From NCBI GenBank assembly GCA_003135635.1, contig PLCJ01000003.1:119087-165337 (forward strand): a stretch of 46,251 nt of DNA. The letters run 5' to 3'. A model generated the notes under the pieces. That model was not told the origin of the DNA and did not search any database. It worked only from the letters and a program-made list of their open reading frames with translations. Made by a program: the position numbers and the translations under genes. The stretch comes from Candidatus Adlerbacteria bacterium. Its GTDB lineage: Bacteria > Patescibacteriota > Minisyncoccia > Phycocordibacterales > SBAW01. Shown piece after piece: positions 27,348-36,980 of the stretch. Numbering within the stretch: the first letter of the stretch is position 1; every line of letters begins with the position of its first letter.

Positions 27348-28580
27348 ATGGAGGTGAGCGGTTCTCTTGGCGTCTATATATCTCTATTCCTCGCACTCTA
27401 CTTCGAGGTATTTTTGCTTATTGCTTTTTTGGAAAAACGACCGGAGAAACGCTCTATGACTCTTCCCAAACACTATCCAGCAGTGTGTATCATCGTTCCT
27501 TGTTTTAATGAAGTCCAAACCATTGGTAAGACCTTGGAATCCCTCCTCGGACTGCAGTACCCGAAAGGACAGCTTTCCATCATGGTGGTTGATGACGGCT
27601 CTCAAGATGGGACGGGAGCAATAGCAAAAAGTTTTGCCGCGCAATATGAAGAGATACGCTATTTCTATAAAGAAAATGGAGGTAAGTACACTGCTCTTAA
27701 TTTTGGAATTGAGCGGACTTCCGCCGAGTTCGTGGGCTGCCTTGATGCAGATTCTTTTGTCGCACCTGAAGGCCTCAATGAAATGATCAAGAAATTTGAA
27801 AGCGATCCGACCATTTATGCCCTTACGCCCGCAATGAAAGTATCTGCTCCGCGCAACATACTGGAGTTAATGCAAACCGCTGAATATACATTTGGAATCT
27901 TTTGCAAAAAAATGTTTGATAATCTTTCCGCTATTCAGGTGCTTCCGGGTCCTTTTTCAATATATCGCCGGGTGGTATTTGAAAAAATTGGTCTCTTCCG
28001 TCGCGCACATAACACTGAGGATATGGAGATCGCGTTTCGTATGCACTCCCACAAACTCAAAATCGCTAATGCCCATACCGTATATGTATATACTACGGTG
28101 CCCGCAAGCCTCGGTCCCCTCATCAGGCAGCGCACCCGCTGGGTCCAAGGATTTCTTCAAAACTCCCTTGACTATCGGTATATGTACTTTAATCCCCGCT
28201 TCGGCAACTTTGGTAATTTTGTACTCCCGCTTGGCCTCACGGCTTCTCTCCTCGGAATCTACACCGCTTCGTATTCTTTATATCGTCTCTTTTCTTTTAT
28301 CTCTTCTCACCTTTTTAATCTTCAAGCGGGCATCCCCTTGCATCTCTCCCAACCCACCCTTAGCTGGTTTTACCTCAACACCAGCATGATGACCTTTCTT
28401 GTGGTAATCACGCTTGGCATGACTTTCACCGCGCTACTTTTGGGGCAGCGCATAGCACAAAATAAACTCCCAATTCAATCGATTCTATATTACTTTACTC
28501 TGTTTGGACTCATCGCCCCCATCTGGTTGGCGCGCGCCGTGTGGGGCACGGTGTGGGCGCGTGAGAGTACGTGGCGATAG
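27348..28580 (+). CDS. Processive GT2 glycosyltransferase (PgaC/IcaA/cellulose-synthase-like)
   Basis: IVPCFNE, VDDGSQD, GK..ALN, DADS, TED and QRTRW motifs plus flanking TM helices. Confidence 0.9.
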   Translation: MEVSGSLGVYISLFLALYFEVFLLIAFLEKRPEKRSMTLPKHYPAVCIIVPCFNEVQTIGKTLESLLGLQYPKGQLSIMVVDDGSQDGTGAIAKSFAAQYEEIRYFYKENGGKYTALNFGIERTSAEFVGCLDADSFVAPEGLNEMIKKFESDPTIYALTPAMKVSAPRNILELMQTAEYTFGIFCKKMFDNLSAIQVLPGPFSIYRRVVFEKIGLFRRAHNTEDMEIAFRMHSHKLKIANAHTVYVYTTVPASLGPLIRQRTRWVQGFLQNSLDYRYMYFNPRFGNFGNFVLPLGLTASLLGIYTASYSLYRLFSFISSHLFNLQAGIPLHLSQPTLSWFYLNTSMMTFLVVITLGMTFTALLLGQRIAQNKLPIQSILYYFTLFGLIAPIWLARAVWGTVWARESTWR

Positions 28581-28585
28581 AAACC

Positions 28586-29272
28586 ATGCGGATTACGCGC
28601 TATATTCTAGCGTTTGTGATTACCGCAGCGATTTTTGGTACTGCTTTTTATATCACCTCTCACATTGATGCGCAGCGGGTTGCAGATATTCAAGCCACTG
28701 AAAATAACCTCTCAATTGATCTTCTTTCCTCAGAAACACAATTCGAGCTCCTCGGTCAGCTCGACTGCGCCACGCTTGCACAAGGATCAATTCTTTCAGA
28801 CGAGCTCAATTCGCTCGACGGACGACTCTCGGTGGCTGAGCAAAATTTGGGCAGCAATAATACACAAGTCATTGAGCTCAAAAAACAATACTCGCTTCTT
28901 GAAATCCGCGATTATCTTCTCCTGCAGCAGGTCGCACAAAAGTGCAAAAACGTAAAGCCGCCGATATATGTGCTCTACTTCTACTCAAACACCGGCGATT
29001 GCCCTGACTGCTCTCAGGCGGGCGACGTACTTACCTATTTGCGGCAAACGTACCCCAAGTTTCGAGTATATTCATTTGACTATCACCTTGATCTTTCCGC
29101 TCTTCAGACACTCATTAATATAAAAAAGGTGCAAGACGTGCTCCCCGCTTTTATTATTAATGGCCAGACACCCGTGTATGGGGCTAAGACGTTAAGTGAT
29201 ATGGAAAAACTCATTCCTGGACTTAAAAGCCTCGCCACTTCCACCGCAGCCACGAGTAGCAGTAGTTTATAA
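28586..29272 (+). CDS. Membrane-anchored protein with helical region and thioredoxin-like CxxC domain
   Basis: N-terminal TM; VLYFYSNTGDCPDC..VYSFD..LPAFIING thioredoxin-like pattern; starts 5 bp after the GT2 stop. Confidence 0.7.
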   Translation: MRITRYILAFVITAAIFGTAFYITSHIDAQRVADIQATENNLSIDLLSSETQFELLGQLDCATLAQGSILSDELNSLDGRLSVAEQNLGSNNTQVIELKKQYSLLEIRDYLLLQQVAQKCKNVKPPIYVLYFYSNTGDCPDCSQAGDVLTYLRQTYPKFRVYSFDYHLDLSALQTLINIKKVQDVLPAFIINGQTPVYGAKTLSDMEKLIPGLKSLATSTAATSSSSL

Positions 29273-29277
29273 GGAGG

Positions 29278-29350
29278 AGCCGAGGGTGGGACTTGAACCC
29301 ACGACCGACGGTTTACAAAACCGTTGCTCTACCAACTGAGCTACCTCGGC
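29278..29350 (-). tRNA. tRNA-Thr (anticodon TGT), CCA not encoded
   Basis: GCCGAGG acceptor stem, D-arm GCTCAGTTGGTAGAGC, ACGGT-TTTGTAA-ACCGT anticodon arm, GTGGGTTCAAGTCCCAC T-arm; followed by CCT. Confidence 0.97.
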
Positions 29351-29361
29351 ACATACAATCA

Positions 29362-29781
29362 TTATTCTTCCGCAGGAGGAGTATATCGGCGGGAACGTCG
29401 CGCGAGCATTTTTTTATGTTCCGTAACTTCGCGCAAAAATTCCGATGCCGCTCCTTCATGGTGTGGCGGGGGTGCTGTGTTCTGGCGAATAGCATGAAGC
29501 GTACGCTCAAGAGTGTGCTCCACCCAGAGAATACCGTTTGCAAGAGCGTGGCGGGAAATATCGCGTACTACTATTGTTATAGTGTGCCAGAAACGCTCTC
29601 GCACAAATACGGGGAAGGTTTCTTTACTCCAATACACGAAAGAGTGAAGCACGTGCGTGATGGCCGGCCGGATCCGTGCACCCACTATGTTGCCAGTTTG
29701 AAGCTCCCAGCGTTTTACTGCCACCAGCGCCACCATACACACCAGAGAGACGTATAGCAGTATTGCCAAAAAAAGTACCAT
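29362..29781 (-). CDS. Hypothetical membrane protein
   Basis: 139-aa ORF with an N-terminal TM, filling the gap between tsf and the tRNA. Confidence 0.65.
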   Translation of the reverse strand: MVLFLAILLYVSLVCMVALVAVKRWELQTGNIVGARIRPAITHVLHSFVYWSKETFPVFVRERFWHTITIVVRDISRHALANGILWVEHTLERTLHAIRQNTAPPPHHEGAASEFLREVTEHKKMLARRSRRYTPPAEE

Positions 29782-29795
29782 ACCGCTCTAGTATC

Positions 29796-30254
29796 TTACT
29801 GGAGGGAGAAAACCGCAAGGTCGGTGATCTCAATACGCTCTCCAAATTTCTGTGTCGCGTCAGCGATAAGCTCTGCGATTGTTTTCCCTTCGTCTTTGAT
29901 AAATGATTGTGCCCCGAGCATCTGTGTGTTTTCTGGCCGCATCGCCGCAGCGTGCATGGCAATCAGGCGGGCGAGTTCTTTGAATTCCTCATTTTTTGAT
30001 ACAAAATCTGTCTCGCAAGAAAGCACCACCATGGCTCCTACTTGACCGGTAATATGAATATAGGATGCAACCGTGCCGGCCCCCAGTGTGCGACTGGCTT
30101 TGCTGCGCGCGGTTGCCCCCGCTCGCACGCCAAGAAGCTTCAGTGCTTTTTCTTTATCACCACCCGCATCCTCAAGCGCCTTTTTACACTCCATCACGGA
30201 AACTCCAGTCTGGCGACGCAGTTCTTTTACCGCTTCTGCAGAAATGACTACCAT
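29796..30254 (-). CDS. tsf: Elongation factor Ts (short form)
   Basis: VKELRRQTGVSVMECKKAL, CETDFV; follows rpsB. Confidence 0.95.
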   Translation of the reverse strand: MVVISAEAVKELRRQTGVSVMECKKALEDAGGDKEKALKLLGVRAGATARSKASRTLGAGTVASYIHITGQVGAMVVLSCETDFVSKNEEFKELARLIAMHAAAMRPENTQMLGAQSFIKDEGKTIAELIADATQKFGERIEITDLAVFSLQ

Positions 30255-30263
30255 AATGACTGA

Positions 30264-30983
30264 TTATTGCAGGACAGCTTCTGCCGCTTGGGGAGGGGCG
30301 CCTTGGTGTGCCGCGTAGGTGCTTGTGACTTCACTTAGTATGTGGCTGAGGCTTTGTACCGTCGCGTCGTTTGCGGGAATGGGATAGGTGACGCGGGTGG
30401 CATCGCAATCGGTATTCATGAGCGCAATGACGGGAATATGCATTTTTACTGCCTCTTCAACAGCGATGTGTTCGTGCCTTGGATCAATAACAAAGAGTGC
30501 ATCGGGAAGCTTTTGCATACCACGTAATCCCCCAAACATGGCATCGAGATCGGCAATTTCTCGATCAATAAGAACCCGCTCGCGCTTGGTGAAGCGTGCT
30601 GCCAATTCTCCCTTTTCACGCATATCAGAAAGCTCCAAGAGACGTGAGAGACGTTTGCGGATTTCAGAAAAGTTAGTGAGCGTTCCGCCGATCCACCGAG
30701 ATGCGACGTACGGTGCTCCCAGTTTTTCCGCTTCGCGCCGAATGGCCTCGCGGGCTTCAGCCTTACCGCTTACAAAAAGAATTACTTTGCGTTCCGCCGC
30801 AAGCCCTTTTACGAATGCAAGCGCTATACTCAAGCACTGGACGGTCTGCTCCAAGTCAAAAATCTCAACCCCGCCCTTGCTGCCAAAGATATATCTTGAG
30901 GTGGAAGGATGGCGGCGGGAAGGGGCGTAGCCGAAATGCGCGCCGACAGAAAATAATTTTTGCACGAGAGTATCACTATCCAT
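30264..30983 (-). CDS. rpsB: 30S ribosomal protein S2
   Basis: GAHFGY, RWIGGTLTNF, PDALFVIDP, NTDCD..PIPAND. Start placed at ATG 30983. Confidence 0.96.
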   Translation of the reverse strand: MDSDTLVQKLFSVGAHFGYAPSRRHPSTSRYIFGSKGGVEIFDLEQTVQCLSIALAFVKGLAAERKVILFVSGKAEAREAIRREAEKLGAPYVASRWIGGTLTNFSEIRKRLSRLLELSDMREKGELAARFTKRERVLIDREIADLDAMFGGLRGMQKLPDALFVIDPRHEHIAVEEAVKMHIPVIALMNTDCDATRVTYPIPANDATVQSLSHILSEVTSTYAAHQGAPPQAAEAVLQ

Positions 30984-30999
30984 AACGCGCTTCACACTA

Positions 31000-31974
31000 T
31001 CACAGCAGCTTCTCTTCGGCAACTTCCTCCTCAAGGGGCTGCAGCGCATCAAGAATAGGAGCGATGTTGCCTGAGAAAATAGAAGGAAGATTATGCCACG
31101 ATTCTTTGAGGCGGTGATCGGTTACCCGATCTTGCAGCGTATTATAGGTGCGGATTTTTTCCGAGCGATCAGCGGTTCCAATTTGTTCTTTGCGGGTAGC
31201 TGCATGTTTTCTCGCTTCCTCTTCTTCTTGGAGTGCTTCGATCTTTGCCAGAAGGACACTCATTGCGCGCTCACGATTGGCCAGTTGACTGCGTTCGCTT
31301 TGCGCGCGCGCATCAAGGCCGGTCGGTATATGCACGAGCCGCACCGCAGTTTCTACTTTATTAACATTTTGTCCGCCAGCCCCACCAGAGCGCGAGAACT
31401 CCATACGGATATCTGCAGGATTTATGGTCACTGTGTGCTTTTTGCGAATGGGCAAAATAGCGACCGAGGCGGTTGAGGTATGAATGCGACCATTTTTTTC
31501 TGTTGCGGGTACCCGCTGGATGCGATGAACGCCCGTTTCAAAGCGCAGGCGCCGGTAGACACCGCGGCCTTTTATTTCAAATACTGCTTCTTTATACCCG
31601 CCGAGATCACTCTTGGACTCCGCGAGTGTGTGCACACTCCAGCCTTGCGCTCCCGCGTACGCGCGGTACATAGCGGAGAGTTCCCCGGCAAATAGTGCTG
31701 CCTCTTCTCCCCCAACACCGGCGCGCACTTCAAGCACTACCTCGTTGGGAAACTCTTCTTGCTCCTCTGTATGCGCAAGAATTTTTTCTCCTTCACTAAT
31801 GAGCGCCCGCTTTTGTTCCCTCAGGCGGTTGAGATCCTCCCGGGCTAACTCTCCGAGCTCGCCGCCTGCAAGTTGGAGCACATCGCGCTCTTCCAGAGCA
31901 ATACGTTCAATCTCCTGCGCAAGGTAGGCAGTTTTTGGGTTTCCCTTATAGCGGTGAATGTCCGCTTCGTCCAT
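31000..31974 (-). CDS. prfA: Peptide chain release factor 1
   Basis: [29 protein letters not shown] (PxT motif), [20 protein letters not shown]. Confidence 0.95.
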   Translation of the reverse strand: MDEADIHRYKGNPKTAYLAQEIERIALEERDVLQLAGGELGELAREDLNRLREQKRALISEGEKILAHTEEQEEFPNEVVLEVRAGVGGEEAALFAGELSAMYRAYAGAQGWSVHTLAESKSDLGGYKEAVFEIKGRGVYRRLRFETGVHRIQRVPATEKNGRIHTSTASVAILPIRKKHTVTINPADIRMEFSRSGGAGGQNVNKVETAVRLVHIPTGLDARAQSERSQLANRERAMSVLLAKIEALQEEEEARKHAATRKEQIGTADRSEKIRTYNTLQDRVTDHRLKESWHNLPSIFSGNIAPILDALQPLEEEVAEEKLL

Positions 31975-32193
31975 CTATTTTGATTGCTTCTTTGCGGCGG
32001 CTCGACGCGTCTTAAACTTCTCTACCCGACCTGCGGTATCAAGAATTTTTTCGTTGCCAGTGTAAAACGGATGACAGGCACTGCAAATTTCAACTGCGAT
32101 TTCTTTGGCGGTTGAGCCTACACTAAAGGAGTTCCCGCAGCGGCACTTCACGGTAACCTTGGGGAAATACGTGGGATGAATATCTGCTTTCAT
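31975..32193 (-). CDS. rpmE: 50S ribosomal protein L31 (Zn-binding type)
   Basis: [31 protein letters not shown]. Confidence 0.97.
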   Translation of the reverse strand: MKADIHPTYFPKVTVKCRCGNSFSVGSTAKEIAVEICSACHPFYTGNEKILDTAGRVEKFKTRRAAAKKQSK

Positions 32194-32234
32194 TGCTGCA
32201 GGGTATCACTCTTTTTATATTTTTGCAAAAACAT

Positions 32235-33596
32235 TTATGAGCCATTTATGACATTGATTTCCTGTTGGTACTTACTGGCAAGCTGTGCAACCGAATTGCC
32301 ATAAAATGCGAGGCTCCGGTTGCCCGCATTACCACAGCCGGCAAGATAACACATCGCCGCTTCAAATTCCGCTGAGGGAGTTTGTGCTGAAGCTCCGTCG
32401 TCGGTGAGATACAGTGCCGCAGCGATAAAGGCGTCTTTGGGGTTCCAGGGGCTTGAGGGTATATCGCCACTCACCCCCCCCACGCGATCTTGGGAGGAAT
32501 TGTACTGCCACGTAGGACTTACGTAACCGCCATAAAGCGCCCAGGTCGAAGGAATAAATTGTGCGGGACCCATGGCACCCCCCCATCCATACCATTGTCT
32601 TTTGGAAACCGGCAGCGTTTGGGGACTCAGCCCCAGGTTTGCGGTAATGGCAAGAAATATTGGCACGTTTGCAGGACTCATGTCTACGGTGTAGGTACCC
32701 GTTCCAACGTTTGCTCCCAAACCGCTTTCCTCAGCAATGATTCCCAAAAGAAAGGCAGGACGAATGCCGGTTTTTTGAGCGGCGAGAGTAGCGTACTGGA
32801 GCGCCTGACCGAAGGGTATTGCTGCCGAGCCGGTAAGCTCAAAGAGTGCGCTGCGGATTTGTGCAGCGCTTTGCTGATTTTTAGCAATAAGCGCTTCGTA
32901 TGCTTTCTCTTGTCCTTTCGTTTCAGTTAAGATCTGATTCTTTTGATTTTGCTCCTGCTGAATTTGGGCTTCTTGGAGCTGCTGAACCCTAAGCAGCTGT
33001 GTTTCTGTATCTTTTTGCTGCTGTAGCACCGTTTCTTGCTGTTGCGTTGTTTGTTTTGTCCCTTGAATTTGATTAAACGATTGTTGGAGTGCTGCGTTTA
33101 TGGAATCAAAGGTTTCAAGGTCGGAGTAAAATGTTGAAAGATTCTGTGAGGAGAGCACCGTAATCATGAAAGAGGTGGTATCGAGCTGATCCTTCTCGCG
33201 CATGATCGCGCCAAGGGAGGCAAGTTCGCTTTGTAGCTGTACATTGAGGTTGCCGATGGTTTGATTTTTGCTCTGAATACCTCCCGTTAACTCCTCGATC
33301 GCAATGTTGCGGGCTTTGATTGAAAGTTGTGCCTGGGTTATCTGCGCATTTAAAATCGCAATATCGCGCTGCAGGGATACTCCTTGAATTTGCGTTTGGT
33401 TGAGAATTTGCTGCTGCGCTTGTATTTGCGCTTCAAGCTGATTGAGCTGTGCTTGGAGCTGTGCTTGATAGGAACTCACGGAGCTTGAGCCCGAGCCCGA
33501 GGAAGTGGTGGTTTGCGCGCGGGCGAGTCCTGGGACGATACTAAAGCTCTCTATAAGGACTACGCATATAACTGCGCGCATGATAGCGCTACCCAT
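32235..33596 (-). CDS. Secreted coiled-coil protein with C-terminal lytic transglycosylase-like domain
   Basis: Signal peptide, long Gln-rich coiled coil, GIIAEESG (candidate catalytic Glu), GAMGPAQFIPSTW, PWNPKDAFIAAALYL. Confidence 0.85.
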   Translation of the reverse strand: MGSAIMRAVICVVLIESFSIVPGLARAQTTTSSGSGSSSVSSYQAQLQAQLNQLEAQIQAQQQILNQTQIQGVSLQRDIAILNAQITQAQLSIKARNIAIEELTGGIQSKNQTIGNLNVQLQSELASLGAIMREKDQLDTTSFMITVLSSQNLSTFYSDLETFDSINAALQQSFNQIQGTKQTTQQQETVLQQQKDTETQLLRVQQLQEAQIQQEQNQKNQILTETKGQEKAYEALIAKNQQSAAQIRSALFELTGSAAIPFGQALQYATLAAQKTGIRPAFLLGIIAEESGLGANVGTGTYTVDMSPANVPIFLAITANLGLSPQTLPVSKRQWYGWGGAMGPAQFIPSTWALYGGYVSPTWQYNSSQDRVGGVSGDIPSSPWNPKDAFIAAALYLTDDGASAQTPSAEFEAAMCYLAGCGNAGNRSLAFYGNSVAQLASKYQQEINVINGS

Positions 33597-33640
33597 ATAC
33601 TACTAGTATAGCACTGCGGAAAGCCTTCAGAGAGAAAAGT

Positions 33641-34279
33641 TTATTCTGGTGCTACTGCGCTTTCCGTATCTTCCTTCTTGCCGCGCTCATGCACCTCAAT
33701 TGCTGAGAGATCAATTGGAGGGGCGGGCTCAACTTCTTCTTCTTGGGCAGCCGCAATCATGACTACCACCTCATCTCCATCAATGGCAATCTTAGCGCTT
33801 TGGGGCAACGTGAGATCTTTTATATGAATTTGATCTCCTATATTTTTAAGTATGCTCACGTCAACGGCTATCTCGTGGGGCAGTTCTTTGGGAAGCACTT
33901 CCATTTCAAGTTCACGTATCACTTTTACTAAGACACCTCCCAAATCTTTCACTGCCGGGGAGATACCTTCAAACTGCAGGGGTACCGATACCGTAACGGT
34001 TTGTCCTTTTTCTATAGCATAAAAATCCGCGTGTATGGGCTTACTTGAAACGGGATCTACGGCAACTGCATGAATGAGCACCTCTTTATCCGCGCCGAGT
34101 CCGTGGAGTGTAATCACTTGGGACTCTCCTGCTTCGTGAAAAACTTTTTCAAATTCCTTGTAGGAGAGAGTGATCGGGGTAGCTACTTCTTTGCGTCCAT
34201 ACACCACCGCGGGCAAAACGCCTGCCTTCCTTAGGACACGAGCTTTTGTATGATCGCGTTTTTGTGCGGTTAATTGCAT
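33641..34279 (-). CDS. rplY: 50S ribosomal protein L25/Ctc
   Basis: LRKAGVLPAVVYG..IHADFY plus the Ctc C-terminal domain; promoter TTGCAC-N17-TACAGT upstream. Confidence 0.95.
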   Translation of the reverse strand: MQLTAQKRDHTKARVLRKAGVLPAVVYGRKEVATPITLSYKEFEKVFHEAGESQVITLHGLGADKEVLIHAVAVDPVSSKPIHADFYAIEKGQTVTVSVPLQFEGISPAVKDLGGVLVKVIRELEMEVLPKELPHEIAVDVSILKNIGDQIHIKDLTLPQSAKIAIDGDEVVVMIAAAQEEEVEPAPPIDLSAIEVHERGKKEDTESAVAPE

Positions 34280-34325
34280 AGCGCAGATACTGTAGCGGAT
34301 TTACCCCAAATGTGCAATCCGGATG

Positions 34326-35189
34326 CTACTGTTTTCCCACAAACAGGCGCATTTTTTGAGCGATATACGATTGCATGGAGTCCTCAACGGGGCCCAAAAT
34401 TTTATAGGGAGCAACCACATCTGGATGTTTAGTTATAGAGTGCTGAAGATCGTCTCGGTACAATATCCGCAAATCGGTATTGATATGAATAATAGTAATC
34501 CCTGCCTGTACCGCAGCAGAGAACTCTTCGTCACTTGACCCCGAGCCACCATGAAGAACCAACGGAATATTTACTGCCTCAGCGAGTACACGAATCCGAT
34601 TTATAGAGAGTTTGGGCTGTCCGCTGGTTATAATGCCGTGGATATTCCCCACTGCCGGCGCCACAAGATCAATACCCGTCTCTTCCACCAAGGCCTTGAG
34701 CTCCTCGGGCCGGGTCATCATCTCTTCGGTAACGGCAGCTCCCTGAGGAATTTTGTCCATGACACTCGATGAACTTCCAATATATCCCAATTCTCCTTCT
34801 ACAAGGATATCTTTTGTTTGCCCGCGGGCACGCGCTACGGATTCTTTGAGGAGCACAACATTTTCTGTAAAGGGCAGTTGTGCGCCGTCTACTACTATCG
34901 AATCAATCCCGCTTGCAATTGCTGATGCTACTTTGGGGAGACTATAGGTATGATCTGCGTTGAGATAGAGAGAAATTCCTTCCTTTATGTAGAGATCGAT
35001 GAGCGCACGGGCATGCGTCAGGGGGAAAAATTCTCGCTCCCCTTCTGAAAGACCCACAATAACCGGGAGATTTGTCTCTTTGGCAGCGCGAGCGAGTGCC
35101 TCAAGCTGGTTTGAATCGGAAATATTAAAATGGCCGAGCGCCTGACCTTCCTTTCGGTATTCCCCAATCACTTGCCGCAATGGACGCAT
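34326..35189 (-). CDS. fba: Class II fructose-bisphosphate aldolase
   Basis: GHFNI, ADH, VEGELGYIG, AVGNIHG, LVLHGGSG, INTD. Confidence 0.92.
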   Translation of the reverse strand: MRPLRQVIGEYRKEGQALGHFNISDSNQLEALARAAKETNLPVIVGLSEGEREFFPLTHARALIDLYIKEGISLYLNADHTYSLPKVASAIASGIDSIVVDGAQLPFTENVVLLKESVARARGQTKDILVEGELGYIGSSSSVMDKIPQGAAVTEEMMTRPEELKALVEETGIDLVAPAVGNIHGIITSGQPKLSINRIRVLAEAVNIPLVLHGGSGSSDEEFSAAVQAGITIIHINTDLRILYRDDLQHSITKHPDVVAPYKILGPVEDSMQSYIAQKMRLFVGKQ

Positions 35190-35211
35190 GCTTTAAGTAT
35201 ATACTACAGCT
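35190..35211. promoter_or_regulatory. 22-bp bidirectional promoter with overlapping -10 boxes
   Basis: Palindrome AGTATATACT (35196-35205) gives TATACT on each strand, each exactly 6 nt from an ATG. Confidence 0.7.
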
Positions 35212-36213
35212 ATGGAACCATCGGTTGATGTCATGGCGGTCGGCGATATGGTGGTAGATAATTTTATCCGCCTCAAAGAAGCTTCAGTACATTGTAGAAT
35301 CGATACTGAGGCGTGTGAGATATGCATGCGCTGGGGCGATAAGATACCCTTTGAATTTTCCATGGATGTTCCCGGTGTGGGCAACTCTGCCAATTTTGCA
35401 GTTTCAGTTGCGCGCCTGGGTCTTACGGCGGCGCTTCGCGCCTACGTGGGAGAAGATACACTCGGAGAGGCGTGTATCGATTCTCTTAAAAAAGAAGGGG
35501 TAGGAGTAGCGTTCGTTGAAAAAGTTCTGGACAAACATACCAATCATCACTATGTATTGTGGTTTGGCAGCGAACGCACCATTCTTATTAAGCACGAGGT
35601 ATTCGATTACCAAATACCCACGACTCTCCCCACACCTCGCTGGCTCTACCTTTCCTCCTTGGGAGAAAACTCTCTCCCGTACCATGAATTGCTCGCCAAG
35701 CTCCTCGCGGGGTGGCCCGGTACCAAGCTTGCCTTTCAGCCTGGCACTTTTCAAATACAAGCCGGGGTAGAGAAACTTCAGGAGATATATAAGCGTAGTG
35801 ATATCTTTTTTTGCAACAAAGAGGAAGCAGAACACATTACCCGCGCGGGGCCGACTGAGGATATAAAAAAATTGCTGGTGAGTATCAAACAACTGGGACC
35901 AAAGATTGTGGTCATTACCAACGATCGCAAGGGTGCCTATGCGCTTGATGATGAGAATCATTTTTACTACATCCCGATGTATCCTGACCCCCGGCCCCCC
36001 TATGAGCGCACGGGTGCGGGTGATGCATTTGCGTCAAGTGTGGTTGCTGCGTTGGCGCTTGGAAAACCTCTCCCGGAAGCGCTGTTGTGGGGACCCATTA
36101 ATGCGATGGCGGTGGTGCAAGATATTGGTGCACAAAAAGGACTCCTCACCCGCGAGCAACTTCAGGCATATATGGATAAGGCGCCCAAAGAATATGCCCT
36201 GCAAGATCTCTAG
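35212..36213 (+). CDS. PfkB/ribokinase-family carbohydrate kinase
   Basis: GNSANFAVSVARLGL, CNKEEA, ERTGAGDAF. Confidence 0.92.
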   Translation: MEPSVDVMAVGDMVVDNFIRLKEASVHCRIDTEACEICMRWGDKIPFEFSMDVPGVGNSANFAVSVARLGLTAALRAYVGEDTLGEACIDSLKKEGVGVAFVEKVLDKHTNHHYVLWFGSERTILIKHEVFDYQIPTTLPTPRWLYLSSLGENSLPYHELLAKLLAGWPGTKLAFQPGTFQIQAGVEKLQEIYKRSDIFFCNKEEAEHITRAGPTEDIKKLLVSIKQLGPKIVVITNDRKGAYALDDENHFYYIPMYPDPRPPYERTGAGDAFASSVVAALALGKPLPEALLWGPINAMAVVQDIGAQKGLLTREQLQAYMDKAPKEYALQDL

Positions 36214-36227
36214 TAATTATCTGTATC

Positions 36228-36788
36228 ATGATACTGAGCCTTACCGGACCGTCGGGCGTTGGGAAGACAACTCTTTTGCATAATCTTTTGCGCACTCTTC
36301 CTAATGCACATCCTCTTGAAAGTATTACAACCAGAGCGCCGAGGTCCTCAGATGAGCCCGGTGAATATCGCTATGTAGAAAGGGGGCAGTTTGAAGCAAT
36401 GGAGTCTGAAGGAGTGTTTCTGTGGACTGCACACTCAGACACGAATCGTTACGGTACGCGGAAAGTGATTGTTGATAGTGCGCTTGGTAGTGGAATGTAT
36501 ATTCCTATTCTCGTTATGCAAGTGATTTCAATACTGTATTCCTATGCAGACAGGGTACATAAGAAAAATGAGCTGCGTCTTATATATATCCATATGAATG
36601 ATGAGGAGGAGTTGCGCAAGAGACTTCAGGAGCGTGGTGACTCCGCGCAGAGTATTGAGCGGCGTATTAAGGAATGCCGTTCTTGGCACACAGATGCGAA
36701 GGCTTCTGGCGTCCCCTTTCTTTTTCTTGAGGGCAGTTTGAGTCGTGAGAAACTTCTGGAGCAGAGTGTGGCGTATATGCAAAATTAA
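36228..36788 (+). CDS. gmk: Guanylate kinase (divergent)
   Basis: GPSGVGKTT, SITTRAPR, YRYV, RYGT, RLQERGDS..IERR. Confidence 0.85.
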   Translation: MILSLTGPSGVGKTTLLHNLLRTLPNAHPLESITTRAPRSSDEPGEYRYVERGQFEAMESEGVFLWTAHSDTNRYGTRKVIVDSALGSGMYIPILVMQVISILYSYADRVHKKNELRLIYIHMNDEEELRKRLQERGDSAQSIERRIKECRSWHTDAKASGVPFLFLEGSLSREKLLEQSVAYMQN

Positions 36789-36793
36789 AACGC

Positions 36794-36970
36794 TCACTTT
36801 TGGGCTTGGACCTCAGCTGCAATGGCATTTGCCAGAGGATTCTCTCCGTATGCAACATGCCATACAAGAAATAGTGCACCCAGCGCACAAGAGCCGACAA
36901 ATAGGAGCGCAATAACAGAATTAACCCGCGACTGCCATATGCTTATATCAATTGCATCAGGAGATTGCAT
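36794..36970 (-). CDS. Small single-TM membrane protein (58 aa)
   Basis: ATG 36970 preceded by TATAAT-N9; hydrophobic VIALLFVGSCALGALFLVW; fills the gap after tkt. Confidence 0.6.
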   Translation of the reverse strand: MQSPDAIDISIWQSRVNSVIALLFVGSCALGALFLVWHVAYGENPLANAIAAEVQAQK

Positions 36971-36980
36971 ACCTACTATA

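Noticed and set aside
29278-29350. tRNA as an integration site for an island
   Set aside because: I saw no duplicated tRNA 3' end and no integrase.
31000-31002. Alternative genetic code (TGA=Gly, as in Gracilibacteria/Absconditabacteria)
   Set aside because: Conserved genes translate full length under code 11, and prfA ends at TGA at the expected position.
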